A DNA stretch of 64,000 nt, from positions 1,888,001 to 1,952,000 of the forward strand of contig OY821645.1 of NCBI GenBank assembly GCA_963682135.1, written 5' to 3'. This document shows, piece after piece, positions 9,620 to 20,299 of the stretch. A program made the translations under genes and the position numbers. Below the pieces are notes generated by a model that was not told where the DNA came from, searched no databases, and saw only the letters and a program-made list of their open reading frames with translations. Positions within the stretch are counted from its first letter, which is position 1. Every line of letters starts with the position of its first letter. The stretch comes from Methanothrix sp. GTDB lineage: Archaea; Halobacteriota; Methanosarcinia; Methanotrichales; Methanotrichaceae.

Positions 9620-10423
9620 ATGGACAATAGGGCTGGATTAGCGTTAGCTATAATGGAAAAGGAAAATCGAAACGAATGTCTATCGAAAGCCAATGATCTT
9701 GCAGAAGATCTCTGTCATGTTAAGGCTATGTTTTTGGCCAATATGAGTCATGAGTTTAGGACACCTCTCAATGCCATCATCGGCATCACCAGTTTGCTTC
9801 AATTAGAGGAAAACCTCAATTCTGAACAGAAAGACCTGGTTGATATCGTAAGGAATAGCGGAGAGGAATTGCTGACCATCATAGAAAATATTTTAGACTT
9901 TTCCAAGATTGAGGCTGGAGAGATCAAGCTCGATGTTCAGCCCTTTAGTCTATGTAATTGCATTGAATCAACTCTTAAAAGTTTCTCCTCGGCTGCATCT
10001 GCAAAGGGTTTGAATCTCTCTTGCCGCATAAACGAAGACATACCTGCGATCGTTATCGGCGATCCGAAAAGGCTCGAGCAAATCCTCAAAAACCTGCTGG
10101 AAAATGCTATAAAGTTCACAGAGCAGGGCAGGGTTGTGATTTATGTTTCATCCGACGACAATGATTTGGTTCATTTCACAGTCAAAGATACTGGTATTGG
10201 GATTCCCACCGACAGAAGGGATTGCCTCTTTCAGTCCTTCAGTCAGGTGGATGATTCATTGACGCGCAAATATCATGGGATCGGTCTGGGGTTAGCCGCG
10301 AGCCGAAGGCTGGTTGAACTCATGGGCGGGCGGATATGGGCAGAAAGTCGCGAAGGTGTCGGATCCGCCTTTCATTTTACCATCAAAAGGAACGGGATTC
10401 CTGCCGGCACATGGGTTCGCTGA
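9620..10423 (+). CDS. Histidine kinase (HisKA + HATPase_c), no sensor or receiver domain
   Basis: FLANMSHEFRTPLNAIIG, NLLENAIKFT, DTGIGI, FQSFSQVD, GIGLGL. Confidence 0.9.
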   Translation: MDNRAGLALAIMEKENRNECLSKANDLAEDLCHVKAMFLANMSHEFRTPLNAIIGITSLLQLEENLNSEQKDLVDIVRNSGEELLTIIENILDFSKIEAGEIKLDVQPFSLCNCIESTLKSFSSAASAKGLNLSCRINEDIPAIVIGDPKRLEQILKNLLENAIKFTEQGRVVIYVSSDDNDLVHFTVKDTGIGIPTDRRDCLFQSFSQVDDSLTRKYHGIGLGLAASRRLVELMGGRIWAESREGVGSAFHFTIKRNGIPAGTWVR

Positions 10424-10544
10424 AGTTACTGAATTTCCAAGAGAAGAATGGTAGGGCGCGTCCGTTCTCGCGCGGGACCCTGGCCCGTCCTTGCCCGTAA
10501 GCTCACGCGAAAAAGGGGGGCGCGCAGCATGTGCCAGGATGGCG

Positions 10545-10850
10545 AAAATGGATGTGATTATCCACACCGGAGTACCAGCTATCGAAGAGAACAATGCGAG
10601 GCTGAAAACTCCGTTATTTTGCTTTGCGAAGTATATCTCGAAAAGGATCATTTTTCGTCTTGCCGTCAGCGTCTATGTCGTAGATTCGGAAATCAACCGG
10701 GATCATGGCGTTTCCATCTGTCCAGAGCAAAGTACAACTATTGATTCCATTCACCACACGATGATGTTTTCTACTCCATTGGCGATAGACTGGATCCATA
10801 TTTTTAGCATAAGGTTTATCCAACGTCGTATCTGGGGGCTGTCTTTGTAG
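10545..10850 (-). pseudogene. IS701-family DDE transposase fragment
   Basis: DTTLDKPYAKNMD.VYRQWS.KHHRVVNGIN..TLLWTDG...IPVDFRIYD...GKTKND, in-frame stop, then VLFDSWYS. Confidence 0.75.
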
Positions 10851-11021
10851 AAGGCGGGTAAATATATCATGCGACTGATTATTTTTGCCCGCAGGCTGAC
10901 ACCTTGCAGCTTCAGTACAGGTAAAAACATCTTATTAATATTGGCTATGAGGTTTCGGGACTACACAGCAAAGGAAAACGATCGAAAGGTTTTTTATGCA
11001 CTAATTCCTTCCTCTTGATGA

Positions 11022-11312
11022 ATGAGCGAGGGAACTAACGATACTGAGAAGAAGGGCTATGCGGAGAAGAAGCTCGATCTCAAGAATAAGCTGGATCTTA
11101 AGAGCAAGCTGAATCTGGATGACATGGATCTGGGCGTCACCATGCCTTCCACGAATGTGGATGAGTATTTGCGGGTTTTAAGGCTGGCCCGAAAGCCCAG
11201 CCGTGAGGAGTTCAATATGATCGCCAAGATCTCTATGGCCGGCATAGGCATTATCGGCACCATGGGCTTTGTCATATATGCGCTGCTCACCGAACTGCCC
11301 AAAGTCTTCTAA
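11022..11312 (+). CDS. secE: Protein translocase subunit SecE/Sec61-gamma
   Basis: EYLRVLRLARKPSREEF..IAKISMAGIGIIGTMGFVIY. Confidence 0.9.
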   Translation: MSEGTNDTEKKGYAEKKLDLKNKLDLKSKLNLDDMDLGVTMPSTNVDEYLRVLRLARKPSREEFNMIAKISMAGIGIIGTMGFVIYALLTELPKVF

Positions 11313-11363
11313 AAAAAATCTGAAATTCGTAGCTCCTGGGAGCATACAACGCCTAATCTTTTT

Positions 11364-12497
11364 TTAACACTTCTTAGCTTTGTCTTTATTTAGCGAGCGC
11401 AATGTGGCTCCGAACTCCGATTCCACCAGATTTTTCACACCCATCGTCTTGGGATGCAGGTCCAATTCTACTGTGACATGCTGGTGGCCTAAACTGCGCA
11501 GTGGCTTGACCTGGCGCGGTCCATTGGTGATCGAGAAGATCTCCATGCCTTGCAGAGCCGATACCGGCAGGGCATGAGGTACTCCCGAGATCACGGCAAA
11601 GTCATAATGCTTATTAGCGGTCAGCTCTTCCACTGCAGCACCCGTTACCGGGTACTCGTCCAGTCCGCCTATGAGCTGGAAATTCACCTTTCGCTCCCTC
11701 AAGTCGCGGGCAATATTGGCTGCGTCCCTTCTCACCTTGGGCAGGCCCACCTGATCATCCAAATTAGCAAATGTGTCCACCTGATCGCCGGCAACCTCGG
11801 CCACGGCTGCGGTAATGTCGGCAAACATGTAGGCGGTCTCCTTCTTGGCATTGAGGATATTCAAGCCCTTCTTGCCCTGTAAAATAAGCTCCAGAAGCCT
11901 GGAAGCGGCCTCATATTTGAGATCACCTCGCTCCGGAGCCAGGTACTCGCTGCTCGCTGCTCCGTACAGCTTTTCTACAAGGGTGGCTTTCTCGAGCAGA
12001 CCCTTCTGTCGGTCGAGCTCTTTTTCATCTATGATTTCCTTGTCTCTTGCAGCCTCCAATGTGAGGATCACGCCCTTGGTATTATCCCTGTAGCCTGCAT
12101 GAACCTCAACCTCCAAGACAGGTATGTCCAGGTCGGCATCCACTACTGCCTGGTGCAGATCATCGCCGATGATCATGCTGCTACAGGTCCCTGAGATGGC
12201 CATGAGTTTGGGATGGAACAATTCATTGGCCTTCCTCAGAAGAGCGGTGAGCGGTCGCAAACCTCCGAATACAAATCCGGCTTCGTCCAGCGCAGTGGTA
12301 AGCACCCGCACTCCGTCCTCTTCCAAGAGACGGGCATGCTTGAAGCAGCATCCACTCGGGCCATGCAATATTACCACCTCGGCACCAAGGTCACGCAGAG
12401 TGTAGAGAGCGGCCACTATTGAGCTTGGTCTGGGATGAAGTATCGTTATGTTTTGCAATTCGCTTGTCTTTTGCACTTCGCTTGCCATTCGTATCAC
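11364..12497 (-). CDS. cfbD: Ni-sirohydrochlorin a,c-diamide reductive cyclase catalytic subunit (NflD)
   Basis: [53 protein letters not shown]. Confidence 0.93.
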   Translation of the reverse strand: MIRMASEVQKTSELQNITILHPRPSSIVAALYTLRDLGAEVVILHGPSGCCFKHARLLEEDGVRVLTTALDEAGFVFGGLRPLTALLRKANELFHPKLMAISGTCSSMIIGDDLHQAVVDADLDIPVLEVEVHAGYRDNTKGVILTLEAARDKEIIDEKELDRQKGLLEKATLVEKLYGAASSEYLAPERGDLKYEAASRLLELILQGKKGLNILNAKKETAYMFADITAAVAEVAGDQVDTFANLDDQVGLPKVRRDAANIARDLRERKVNFQLIGGLDEYPVTGAAVEELTANKHYDFAVISGVPHALPVSALQGMEIFSITNGPRQVKPLRSLGHQHVTVELDLHPKTMGVKNLVESEFGATLRSLNKDKAKKC

Positions 12498-13750
12498 CTA
12501 AAGCATTTTACGCAGGAAAGCAGCCTTTTCGGTCTCTCCTCTTGAGCTATTTCCAGCCCGTGCTGCAGATTTCTGGCGGTAGCTGCTCCCAGCTCTTCTG
12601 CCAGGGGCACAAGCCTTTCACCTACTAATATCAGCTTTGCCATCTCGCTCTTCCTTTGCCGTAGCAAGTCGGAGAGATCCGGGATGTTCATGCCTTCACA
12701 TACAGTTTCACTCTCTTCTCCCACTACCACAACCAGATCGCTGCCAGAGGCCCGGTCCAGTGCTCTTTTCACATCCCGAACTTTGAGCCCGGAGTTGGAG
12801 CTGTCGAAGAAAGTCTGATTGGGCAGACGCTTGATCTTCATGCGCCCGGAAAAACCGTCAAAGCCCGAGAGGGCCATAGCGATCATGCCCTTGGGTATGC
12901 CTGCCAGCTCAGAGGCAGCCGCGGCTCCCGCAATTGCCGTCTCATAGCCCAGGAAGTCCAGATCCTGACCTAAATCAAGATTCACCTCATCTCTTCCGAA
13001 GATCAGACTATCCTGCCTGGCATAGACCCTCCCGCCTTGGGCAAATGAGACATCCGGAGATAGTCGAGCGTCGATATTGGCCAGAATCTTCGAGCCGCTC
13101 TTGGCCAGGGCGAGCATCTGCAGTTTGGCTGTGCTGGCCCACTTGGTAGCATCGGCGATGAGGTAGTCTCCGGAAAAGCCGGTTATAATTCCATAATCGG
13201 CCAGACCCGTGCCGCCCAGAGAGATCTCACAGATCAGAGCCATCGCCCCCTGGGCCTCTGCAACCTCCCTAGCACGGATCACATTTCCGGGTGTGATGGA
13301 AAGACCCTTTTCCACAAGGCAGGCTTTGCCATCCTGCCAGATCTCCAGGCCGCGAGTGGTGTGAGATAAGACCTTCTTTTGCCAGGAGATAATCATGGCC
13401 AGCAAAAGGGCTGTGGAGGTCTTGCTGTGCGTTCCCGTAACCTCGAAGACCTCCATGGCAGGATCTTCTCTTCCCCCGAGTAGTTCGCCAACCGCCTGAT
13501 GATGAGTGATAATTTTCTTCTTGGCTTTCCTGGCCAGAGATAGGGCCTGGTTGCCGGGTGCAAGGTGGACGGGGGCTACCACCAGGTCGAAGTCTGTTAG
13601 ATCCGGGATGTGGTGATAGACTTCGAGTGCCTCTGCCTGCAGGCCCGATTCGACCATCCGGCGAGCGATTATTGCCGCGCCATGAATGGTGTCCAATACG
13701 GCTACTCTAAAGCCTCTGCTGCCCGCTTGTATGCCAGTGCTGCAATGCAT
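12494..13750 (-). CDS. cfbE: Coenzyme F430 synthetase (Mur-ligase family)
   Basis: [45 protein letters not shown]-terminal SCVKCFR; start uncertain. Confidence 0.88.
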   Translation of the reverse strand: MHCSTGIQAGSRGFRVAVLDTIHGAAIIARRMVESGLQAEALEVYHHIPDLTDFDLVVAPVHLAPGNQALSLARKAKKKIITHHQAVGELLGGREDPAMEVFEVTGTHSKTSTALLLAMIISWQKKVLSHTTRGLEIWQDGKACLVEKGLSITPGNVIRAREVAEAQGAMALICEISLGGTGLADYGIITGFSGDYLIADATKWASTAKLQMLALAKSGSKILANIDARLSPDVSFAQGGRVYARQDSLIFGRDEVNLDLGQDLDFLGYETAIAGAAAASELAGIPKGMIAMALSGFDGFSGRMKIKRLPNQTFFDSSNSGLKVRDVKRALDRASGSDLVVVVGEESETVCEGMNIPDLSDLLRQRKSEMAKLILVGERLVPLAEELGAATARNLQHGLEIAQEERPKRLLSCVKCFR

Positions 13751-14094
13751 TCGTCCACGCCCAGTGGCTCGGCACAAATTACTTCCACCTCTTTGCCGCC
13801 GATCTTCAAAGTGCCTCTGCGCTTTTGCGGATCTATTCCCATCTCCTGGGGAATGTCCTGGCGGGTATGTACCCCGTGGGCTAAGAAGAGGGGCAGAGCT
13901 ACGATCTTTGATACATTGGTTCCAGCAAAGCTATTCAGGCCCTCCGGGATGTTGGGCCGGTCCATATTGAGATAAGCTGTCCTGACCGGTCCTGAGTGGG
14001 TTTTGCTGACCATCTGGGCGAGCGATTCCACCAGTTCTTTGTTGTAAGGCAGGCTGGAACCATGCCCGAGTATAAGTATGCCTACGTCCTTCAT
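13702..14094 (-). CDS. cfbA: Sirohydrochlorin nickelochelatase
   Basis: GHGSSLPYNK, PLFLAHGVHTRQDIP, AEPLG; adjacent to cfbE/cfbD. Confidence 0.9.
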   Translation of the reverse strand: MKDVGILILGHGSSLPYNKELVESLAQMVSKTHSGPVRTAYLNMDRPNIPEGLNSFAGTNVSKIVALPLFLAHGVHTRQDIPQEMGIDPQKRRGTLKIGGKEVEVICAEPLGVDECIAALAYKRAAEALE

Positions 14095-14202
14095 GGAAAC
14101 ACCAGTATTACTTTTTATACATCTCGTGTTAAGAGAACGATAGATTCATAAGTACTAAATCCTTTCGAGGCTGAAGCTACCTGCAAAGGCACCGCCACGG
14201 AG

Positions 14203-14532
14203 ATGATAGATATCAGCATGAATGGGACAATCGGTCTTTCCAGATTCTATTCTTGTATCCTATTTTTGATCTTGATCTATCCAGCTTTTTCCCAGGAAGT
14301 TGTTCTTTCCATGCATGAGAACTATACTATGGAAAATTGCACATTGCAGGTGGAAGATATTGATTCGCAGGCGGCAGAGGTCTGGGTGTTGATACTGGCG
14401 GAGCCGGAGCCATCTTCATCAATGGTCCTGGGAATAAATGATACTTTAACCTGCGGCAAGGCGACGCTGATGGTAAAGAATTTTTATGCAGGCGAGAGCT
14501 ATGATATTGTATGCCTAAAAATTGTTCAGTAG
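14203..14532 (+). CDS. Small exported hypothetical protein (possible S-layer-like beta domain)
   Basis: Hydrophobic N-terminus with PAFS cleavage-like site; plausible codon usage. Confidence 0.5.
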   Translation: MIDISMNGTIGLSRFYSCILFLILIYPAFSQEVVLSMHENYTMENCTLQVEDIDSQAAEVWVLILAEPEPSSSMVLGINDTLTCGKATLMVKNFYAGESYDIVCLKIVQ

Positions 14533-14539
14533 GAGCATT

Positions 14540-15121
14540 TCATGATGAGAAATGCTTCTTGAAGATGCCTGCTATCTCAGAGGGCCTCTCGATGACAAAG
14601 ACATCCTCCATCCGACGCAGGCTATCTACATGCTCAGCATCCTCTTTTCGAATGCGCAGCCGCATCTCGCTGCCGTCTGGAAGAATGGTAGTTACGATTC
14701 CGGGCTTGTAATCGCAGGGCATGATGTATGTGGGAACGAATGCCTTCTGAGACATGATGGCCGCATTGGAGAGGAGCGAGTCTGCCAGGCCCAATGAGAT
14801 CTTGGCCACCGTATTTGATGTTGCGGGTGCAAGCAATAAGAACTCATAACGCTTCACCTGCAATTGGCCCGCCAGGAAGGGAGAGTTGGCGTTGATCTCC
14901 ACCCAGACTTTGTCAAAGTGTTTCTCCAGGATATTGAAGAGCTTGTAGTATTTGATGACCTGCTCGCCTGCCTTGGATACGAAGACGCGCACATCCACAT
15001 CATCATCGTACTGCTGCTGCAATCTTATCATGGCATTGACCGTCTCCTCAATGCGATCGCCACTGCCCGTGATTCCCCAGGCAATCTTCCTCTTGCTGCG
15101 CTCCGTTGCCATATTACTCAC
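14540..15121 (-). CDS. afpA: Archaeoflavoprotein AfpA
   Basis: IAWGITGSG, VFVSKAG, NANSPFLAG, APATSNTVAKISLG. Confidence 0.85.
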   Translation of the reverse strand: MSNMATERSKRKIAWGITGSGDRIEETVNAMIRLQQQYDDDVDVRVFVSKAGEQVIKYYKLFNILEKHFDKVWVEINANSPFLAGQLQVKRYEFLLLAPATSNTVAKISLGLADSLLSNAAIMSQKAFVPTYIMPCDYKPGIVTTILPDGSEMRLRIRKEDAEHVDSLRRMEDVFVIERPSEIAGIFKKHFSS

Positions 15122-15140
15122 TTACTCATTTTAAGGATAT

Positions 15141-15752
15141 TTATTTTTCCGGTGCCCTCATATTCTCCAGAAGCATTACCATCTCCGCGAACCTCTTTGT
15201 CGTCTTTCGCAGAGATCGCAAGCCATCCTCATCCTTCAATGCACCTTCCAGTGTATCGCGAGACCAGAATGTCGCTCCCAGGTTGGCGCCAAAAAATCCC
15301 CCGCTCACAGGAATCATGCCGTTAAGGATGTAAAATGTATGGATCTGCTGCACCGCCAGTTCCTGGCCGCCCATGCGATCGCCCCCAACGGCTATGGCCA
15401 TGCCGGGCTTCATCCGCAGAGTTTTAGGGTCGGCAGCCAGTGTGGCCCGCGTTCTGTCTATTACTATCTTGGTCTGAGCACTCATGCTGCCGTTATAGAC
15501 GGGTGTTGCGATAACAAATCCCTGCGCCTCCCGGATGAGGGGGTAGAGCTGATACATATCATCTTTTACTACGCATTCCTTATTTTTGAGGCAATAGTCA
15601 CAGTGCCGGCAAGGGCTGATCTGCCGGCCTCGCACTGTAAATTGCAAAGTATCCAGGCCCTTGTCCTGCAGCATCTTTAGGGCCTCACCAAGGATATGTT
15701 CTGTGGCCATATTCCTGGGACTTCCGGATATGCCGAGTATCATGTTAGTCAA
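15141..15752 (-). CDS. Iron-sulfur flavoprotein (Isf/flavodoxin family)
   Basis: GISGSPR, PCRHCDYCLKNKECVVKDDM, ATPVY, GGDRMGGQE. Confidence 0.88.
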   Translation of the reverse strand: MTNMILGISGSPRNMATEHILGEALKMLQDKGLDTLQFTVRGRQISPCRHCDYCLKNKECVVKDDMYQLYPLIREAQGFVIATPVYNGSMSAQTKIVIDRTRATLAADPKTLRMKPGMAIAVGGDRMGGQELAVQQIHTFYILNGMIPVSGGFFGANLGATFWSRDTLEGALKDEDGLRSLRKTTKRFAEMVMLLENMRAPEK

Positions 15753-15758
15753 TAGCTT

Positions 15759-15983
15759 CTATTGATATTTCAGATTTTCCGGATGAGCATACTGCTCTGC
15801 CAGGCGCAGCCGGATCATCTCCTCCACCTCGGCAGAAGTTGTGCCGAAGACCTCTTCCAGGATCTCTTTGGCTGTTTGCAGCTCCAGAGCCTTCCTGTCC
15901 AACCTGCTGCTGGAAAGAACCTGTCGCTCAATTCTGGGCCTCTTTTGCAGGGGCCATCTTAGCTGTGCGAGAACTCCTGCCAT
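15759..15983 (-). CDS. Small hypothetical protein
   Basis: Co-oriented with isf-afpA; ELQTAKEILEEVFG..SAEVEEMI helical pattern. Confidence 0.55.
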   Translation of the reverse strand: MAGVLAQLRWPLQKRPRIERQVLSSSRLDRKALELQTAKEILEEVFGTTSAEVEEMIRLRLAEQYAHPENLKYQ

Positions 15984-16226
15984 AGTATACAACCTAGTGT
16001 GTGTAAGAATAAATACATTTCCAGATGAAATGATTATAGTAAATCATTTTATAGACCTATAAAAGTATGTATAAGATACAAATGATCTGCTAAAAATGCC
16101 CCCATAAAATGTACCCATAAATTGCCCCACACAAAGCAATACATTAATCTTGAGATTAAGAAGGATGGCCGCACGGGGCGAAAGTGATGCAAAGAGTATT
16201 ATGAGGGAAACGGCAATATAATAATC

Positions 16227-16706
16227 ATGATCAGGGGAAAAGCTTGGGTCTTTGGAGACGATGTAGATACCGATGTGATCATCCCCGGTAAGTACCTGCG
16301 CACAAAGGATGCGCGGCTCTGGGCGGAGCATGCCATGGAGGGCCTGGACCCGAACTTTGCCTCCCTGGTAGAGAAGGGCGATGTGATTGTGGCGGGCAGA
16401 AATTTTGGCAGCGGCTCGTCACGCGAGCAGGCTCCCCGGGCATTAAAGGGGGCGGGAGTGGCAGTAGTAGTAGCCCGGTCCTTTGCTCGTATCTTCTACC
16501 GAAATGCCATCAATGTAGGGCTGGCTCTGATTGAAGCCGATATCTCATGCCAGAGAGGCGACTATGTGGTGGTAGACCTGGCAGCAGGAACTGTGCAGGT
16601 GGGGGATAAGTTCTACCAGGGCACCAGGCTGCCTGATTTCCTCATGGAGATACTGGAAGACGGCGGCCTGGTGGCGCACCGAAGGCGGCAGAAAGGATTG
16701 GCATGA
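16227..16706 (+). CDS. Homoaconitase/isopropylmalate dehydratase small subunit, probably homoaconitase (AksE/HacB)
   Basis: [18 protein letters not shown] (YLRT loop typical of methanogen homoaconitase), [23 protein letters not shown]. Confidence 0.85.
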   Translation: MIRGKAWVFGDDVDTDVIIPGKYLRTKDARLWAEHAMEGLDPNFASLVEKGDVIVAGRNFGSGSSREQAPRALKGAGVAVVVARSFARIFYRNAINVGLALIEADISCQRGDYVVVDLAAGTVQVGDKFYQGTRLPDFLMEILEDGGLVAHRRRQKGLA

Positions 16707-17530
16707 TCTTTCCGGATGAGTACAAGTTCGTAGGGATTAAGGACCAGGAGAGGCGAGGCGAATCAGTCTATTTCGCCACAGAGTATCTCATCAGCCGAGA
16801 CGGTCCGGCGCTCTACCATGTTAAGAGTCGCGGCTCCGGATTCATGAGGGAGGTGGTAGAGCTGGAGCCGATCGCCTCCGGTCAAGAGATCGTGTTTTAC
16901 CCGGATATTGTGGACACCCGCAGCCGTGCCCATCTCATAGAGCTGGCGGACGAAATATGCCAAAACAAGAGGGCGAATACGGTCGTCTTTGGGGGGCTGG
17001 ATGAGCACATCACCTTCGTCAAGGACCCGGATCCTACTTCGATTCTCTCCATCGAGGTTTTGGATGTCTCGCCTCCCAATCCACCCTGGCTGGTTCATGT
17101 TCTCGCCGGTCTGGAGGCTTGCGGCATCCTGGGAGACTTGACGGTTCGTTTTGTGCCCCGCATCCTGGATCTGCGCCAGTTTGATTGCAGCCACGTCTAT
17201 TTTCCTTGCCGGGCCTCGGGCCTGGGGCGATCTCTGGACACGGACCGGATAGTACATGAGCACCCCAGGATTGTGGGCTGCTCGATCTCCAAAGAGATCT
17301 TTCTGGCCAACAATCCCGGTAAGGATTTTGAGTTTATCAATATCTGTCCCCTGCAAAGTTCCCAGCCGATCCTGGAGCCGCAGCGGCCTTTTATCACCCG
17401 GTGCTGTCGTTCCGAGATGAAGGGCCTGACCGAGAAGAACGGACAGAGGGGCATAGCGGTACATTGGGGAGACGGTCCGGTAAGAATAGCAGAGGCAGTA
17501 CGATGTCTGGTAGAGGATCTAAGAAGGTAG
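16703..17530 (+). CDS. Conserved Cys-containing methanogen hypothetical protein
   Basis: ATGA overlap with upstream gene; FPCRASG, GCSIS, NICP, RCCR, VHWG. Confidence 0.75.
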   Translation: MIFPDEYKFVGIKDQERRGESVYFATEYLISRDGPALYHVKSRGSGFMREVVELEPIASGQEIVFYPDIVDTRSRAHLIELADEICQNKRANTVVFGGLDEHITFVKDPDPTSILSIEVLDVSPPNPPWLVHVLAGLEACGILGDLTVRFVPRILDLRQFDCSHVYFPCRASGLGRSLDTDRIVHEHPRIVGCSISKEIFLANNPGKDFEFINICPLQSSQPILEPQRPFITRCCRSEMKGLTEKNGQRGIAVHWGDGPVRIAEAVRCLVEDLRR

Positions 17531-18480
17531 CCGTCGTCGCGGGCGACGGCATTGGGCCGGAGGTAGTAGATAGCGCCCTGGCGGTGCTGCAGGCCGCAGG
17601 CGCGAAGTTTGAGCCGGTTCCCGTGGAGATCGGCCTGGTCCGCTGGAAGAAAACCGGCCTCGCCATGTCCGAGGAGGATTTGGCAACACTCAAAGAATGC
17701 GACTGCATTCTTTTTGGAGCGATCAGCACCCCGCCCGATCCCAATTATAAAAGTGTGCTCCTGCGCATAAGAAAGGAGCTGGACCTTTATGCCAATATCC
17801 GGCCTTTCCAGTCCCATAATCTTGATTTCATCATTGTGCGGGAGAACACGGAGGGGCTCTACTCGGGAATCGAGGAAGTCGGAACTGAGCAGGCGCATAC
17901 CATGCGGATCATAACGCGCCGCGGCTCAGAGAGAGTTGCAGAGAAGGCCTGTGACCTGGCAGCCTGCCGGCGCAAGCTGACCATCATCCACAAGTCCAAT
18001 GTGCTGAAGAGCGACCGCCTCTTTCTCAAGACCTGCCAGGCAACAGCCGCAGGCCGCGGCGTGCCCTATGAGGATATGCTGGTAGACGCTGCCGCCTACA
18101 ACCTGGTGGTGAATCCCCAGAGGTTTGATGTGCTGGTCGCCACCAATCTCTTCGGCGACATCCTGAGCGATGAGGCGGCAGGAGTGATAGGCAGCCTTGG
18201 TCTATGCGCCAGCGCCAACATCGGCACGGACCATGCTCTCTTCGAGCCCATTCACGGCAGCGCCCCGGATATCGCCGGTAAGGGCATCGCCAATCCGGTG
18301 GGAGCCATGCGCAGCGCAGCCATGATGATGCAGTGGCTGGGAGAGCCGGAGACTGCACGACGCATCGAGACGGCAGTGCAGGAGGCGCTCGCAGGCGGAG
18401 TGCGGACGCCGGATCTGGGCGGAAGCTGCAAGACGGCGGATGTGACGAAAGCGGTGGTTGCGGCTTTGGATGGGAATTGA
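17503..18480 (+). CDS. Isocitrate/isopropylmalate dehydrogenase family, probably homoisocitrate dehydrogenase (AksF)
   Basis: GDGIGPEVV, LDLYANIRP, VRENTEGLY, HKSNV, NLFGDILSD, FEPIHGSAPDIAG, TPDLGG. Confidence 0.88.
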   Translation: MSGRGSKKVAVVAGDGIGPEVVDSALAVLQAAGAKFEPVPVEIGLVRWKKTGLAMSEEDLATLKECDCILFGAISTPPDPNYKSVLLRIRKELDLYANIRPFQSHNLDFIIVRENTEGLYSGIEEVGTEQAHTMRIITRRGSERVAEKACDLAACRRKLTIIHKSNVLKSDRLFLKTCQATAAGRGVPYEDMLVDAAAYNLVVNPQRFDVLVATNLFGDILSDEAAGVIGSLGLCASANIGTDHALFEPIHGSAPDIAGKGIANPVGAMRSAAMMMQWLGEPETARRIETAVQEALAGGVRTPDLGGSCKTADVTKAVVAALDGN

Positions 18481-18747
18481 GAAAATTTGAATGCTGTGAG
18501 ATCTATGCATCTTTGTGCAGTCATAAGGTCAAGATTCTAAAATTATAGGATTTTATTTAAATCATCTTCCGACTTTTTAGGCAATTACCCAAAAGGATGA
18601 TATACTCATATTAATGAACCGCACCATCAAGTTGTTGGATTTTCGGGAGGGATTCAGGCGCGGAGTCAGTTCAAGCTTGCGAAGTGTGCATCGAAGAACT
18701 ATCGCAATACTCTTCGTCTGCACCTTCTATTTTTAGCCTTAGTTGTT

Positions 18748-20298
18748 ATGCTGCACCTCTCTTCCGCTTCCGCAGAGAAATGCGATTTGCTCAATCCCAA
18801 TGCCTGCGGGCTCTATGACTGCGGAGGCAACAGCTGGTCGCCTGACGAGACACAGGGCGATGGTGATAATTTATCCCTGCGATCCGGACAGGTGAATATG
18901 ATCGGCTCCAGCAGAGTTTGCATGAAGGTCAGCGGGCCGGGTTTGGTCAAATTCAGGTGGAAGGTGGACCCGATGGCTCAACATGTTGGGACTTTTGGCT
19001 TTTGGGTGGATAATGCCCAGGTAGCGGTCTGCAAATCACAAATATTTGTCCCAATCTCGTACTCCCTTCGGGAAAGAAAGGATTACGATCTGGCCTGGCA
19101 GTATTATAAATTCAAGTCCATTCCGGCGGGCATGGGTGCGGGGTGGATCGATGAGTTAGATATAATTGGAGGGATTGTCGGGGCATCTCCTGCAATATCT
19201 TCGAAAATATTGGGCGAATCTCCTTCGAATAACCAGTCTAGCGCAAATTATTCAGATAGGTTGGCAACTGATCGGTTGAATTGCCCTCCGCTCAATAGAT
19301 CCTGCTACAATTGCGGGTCAAGAATAAATGGAACACTCGCAAGTGAGAAAAGCACCGAATACTCCATGCTTCAAGGTCCAATAATTGTGCCACCACCTAA
19401 TATCACAATCAATATTGGGCTAAAGCCGACGACGAACGTCAGCATCGATATCTCAGGCATCTCTGGTTCCTTGTCAAATATCGAACTGAATCCGAATGCA
19501 TCTTCACGAATGATACAGAATATCACTCCGCCGATTAATAACACGAGGGATGTATTCGTTTCTCGGAATAAATGTGAACATCAGAAATGCTATGAGACTA
19601 TCAGCGAAGCTGTGAGAGCAGTAGACAATGGCGGAAATGTAACCATCTATGAAGGGATATATAACGAGTCGGTTGTCATTGATAAAGCCCTAAATTTGAT
19701 AGGCGGAAATAATACTACAACCAAAATAGTTGTGCATGATCAGGATGGAATAACTATTGCATGCGGTGCGGGAACCGTATCCTTGGGGAATCTATCTATT
19801 ATTAATGAGTATAAGTCATGCAGAAGAGCTATCGGCATAAATGATACGTCAAAATCACAAGATAGAAACATAGTGATAAAGGATTGCAGTATCTTAAATT
19901 TCGCCATCGGGGCAAAAATAGGTAAATCAAGTCTAACCTTTGTGAGAAACACGATAAGTTCCTCAATGGAATTTGACAATATCGTTGAGGAATGTCAATT
20001 ATGCACATATGATAATACCTCAGCAAGCGGGAAACATTATCTGGTTGGTCTTTGGTTCAATGCATTTTATGATAAATTTAAAATTCATAATAATACAATA
20101 AAATTGGAAAATAATACAAATAAAGATTTGTACACATATGGTATTGTTCATGAAGGCCCAACGTCTGATTGTGCTTATAATATTTCAAAAACGCAAGATT
20201 TCAGAACGATAAAAACGACCGCATGCAGGATAATGTATCTTCTGGGAGAAAATTCAGCTGATTGCGCTGATTCTAAAGACTGGGCGAGGCGATTTTGA
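18748..20298 (+). CDS. Surface protein: N-terminal beta-sandwich plus parallel beta-helix
   Basis: VSGPGLVKFRWKV...GWIDEL domain; YETISEAV...GIYNESVVIDKALNLIG beta-helix start; the hydrophobic signal-like stretch begins upstream of this ATG. Confidence 0.65.
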   Translation: MLHLSSASAEKCDLLNPNACGLYDCGGNSWSPDETQGDGDNLSLRSGQVNMIGSSRVCMKVSGPGLVKFRWKVDPMAQHVGTFGFWVDNAQVAVCKSQIFVPISYSLRERKDYDLAWQYYKFKSIPAGMGAGWIDELDIIGGIVGASPAISSKILGESPSNNQSSANYSDRLATDRLNCPPLNRSCYNCGSRINGTLASEKSTEYSMLQGPIIVPPPNITINIGLKPTTNVSIDISGISGSLSNIELNPNASSRMIQNITPPINNTRDVFVSRNKCEHQKCYETISEAVRAVDNGGNVTIYEGIYNESVVIDKALNLIGGNNTTTKIVVHDQDGITIACGAGTVSLGNLSIINEYKSCRRAIGINDTSKSQDRNIVIKDCSILNFAIGAKIGKSSLTFVRNTISSSMEFDNIVEECQLCTYDNTSASGKHYLVGLWFNAFYDKFKIHNNTIKLENNTNKDLYTYGIVHEGPTSDCAYNISKTQDFRTIKTTACRIMYLLGENSADCADSKDWARRF

Positions 20299-20299
20299 T

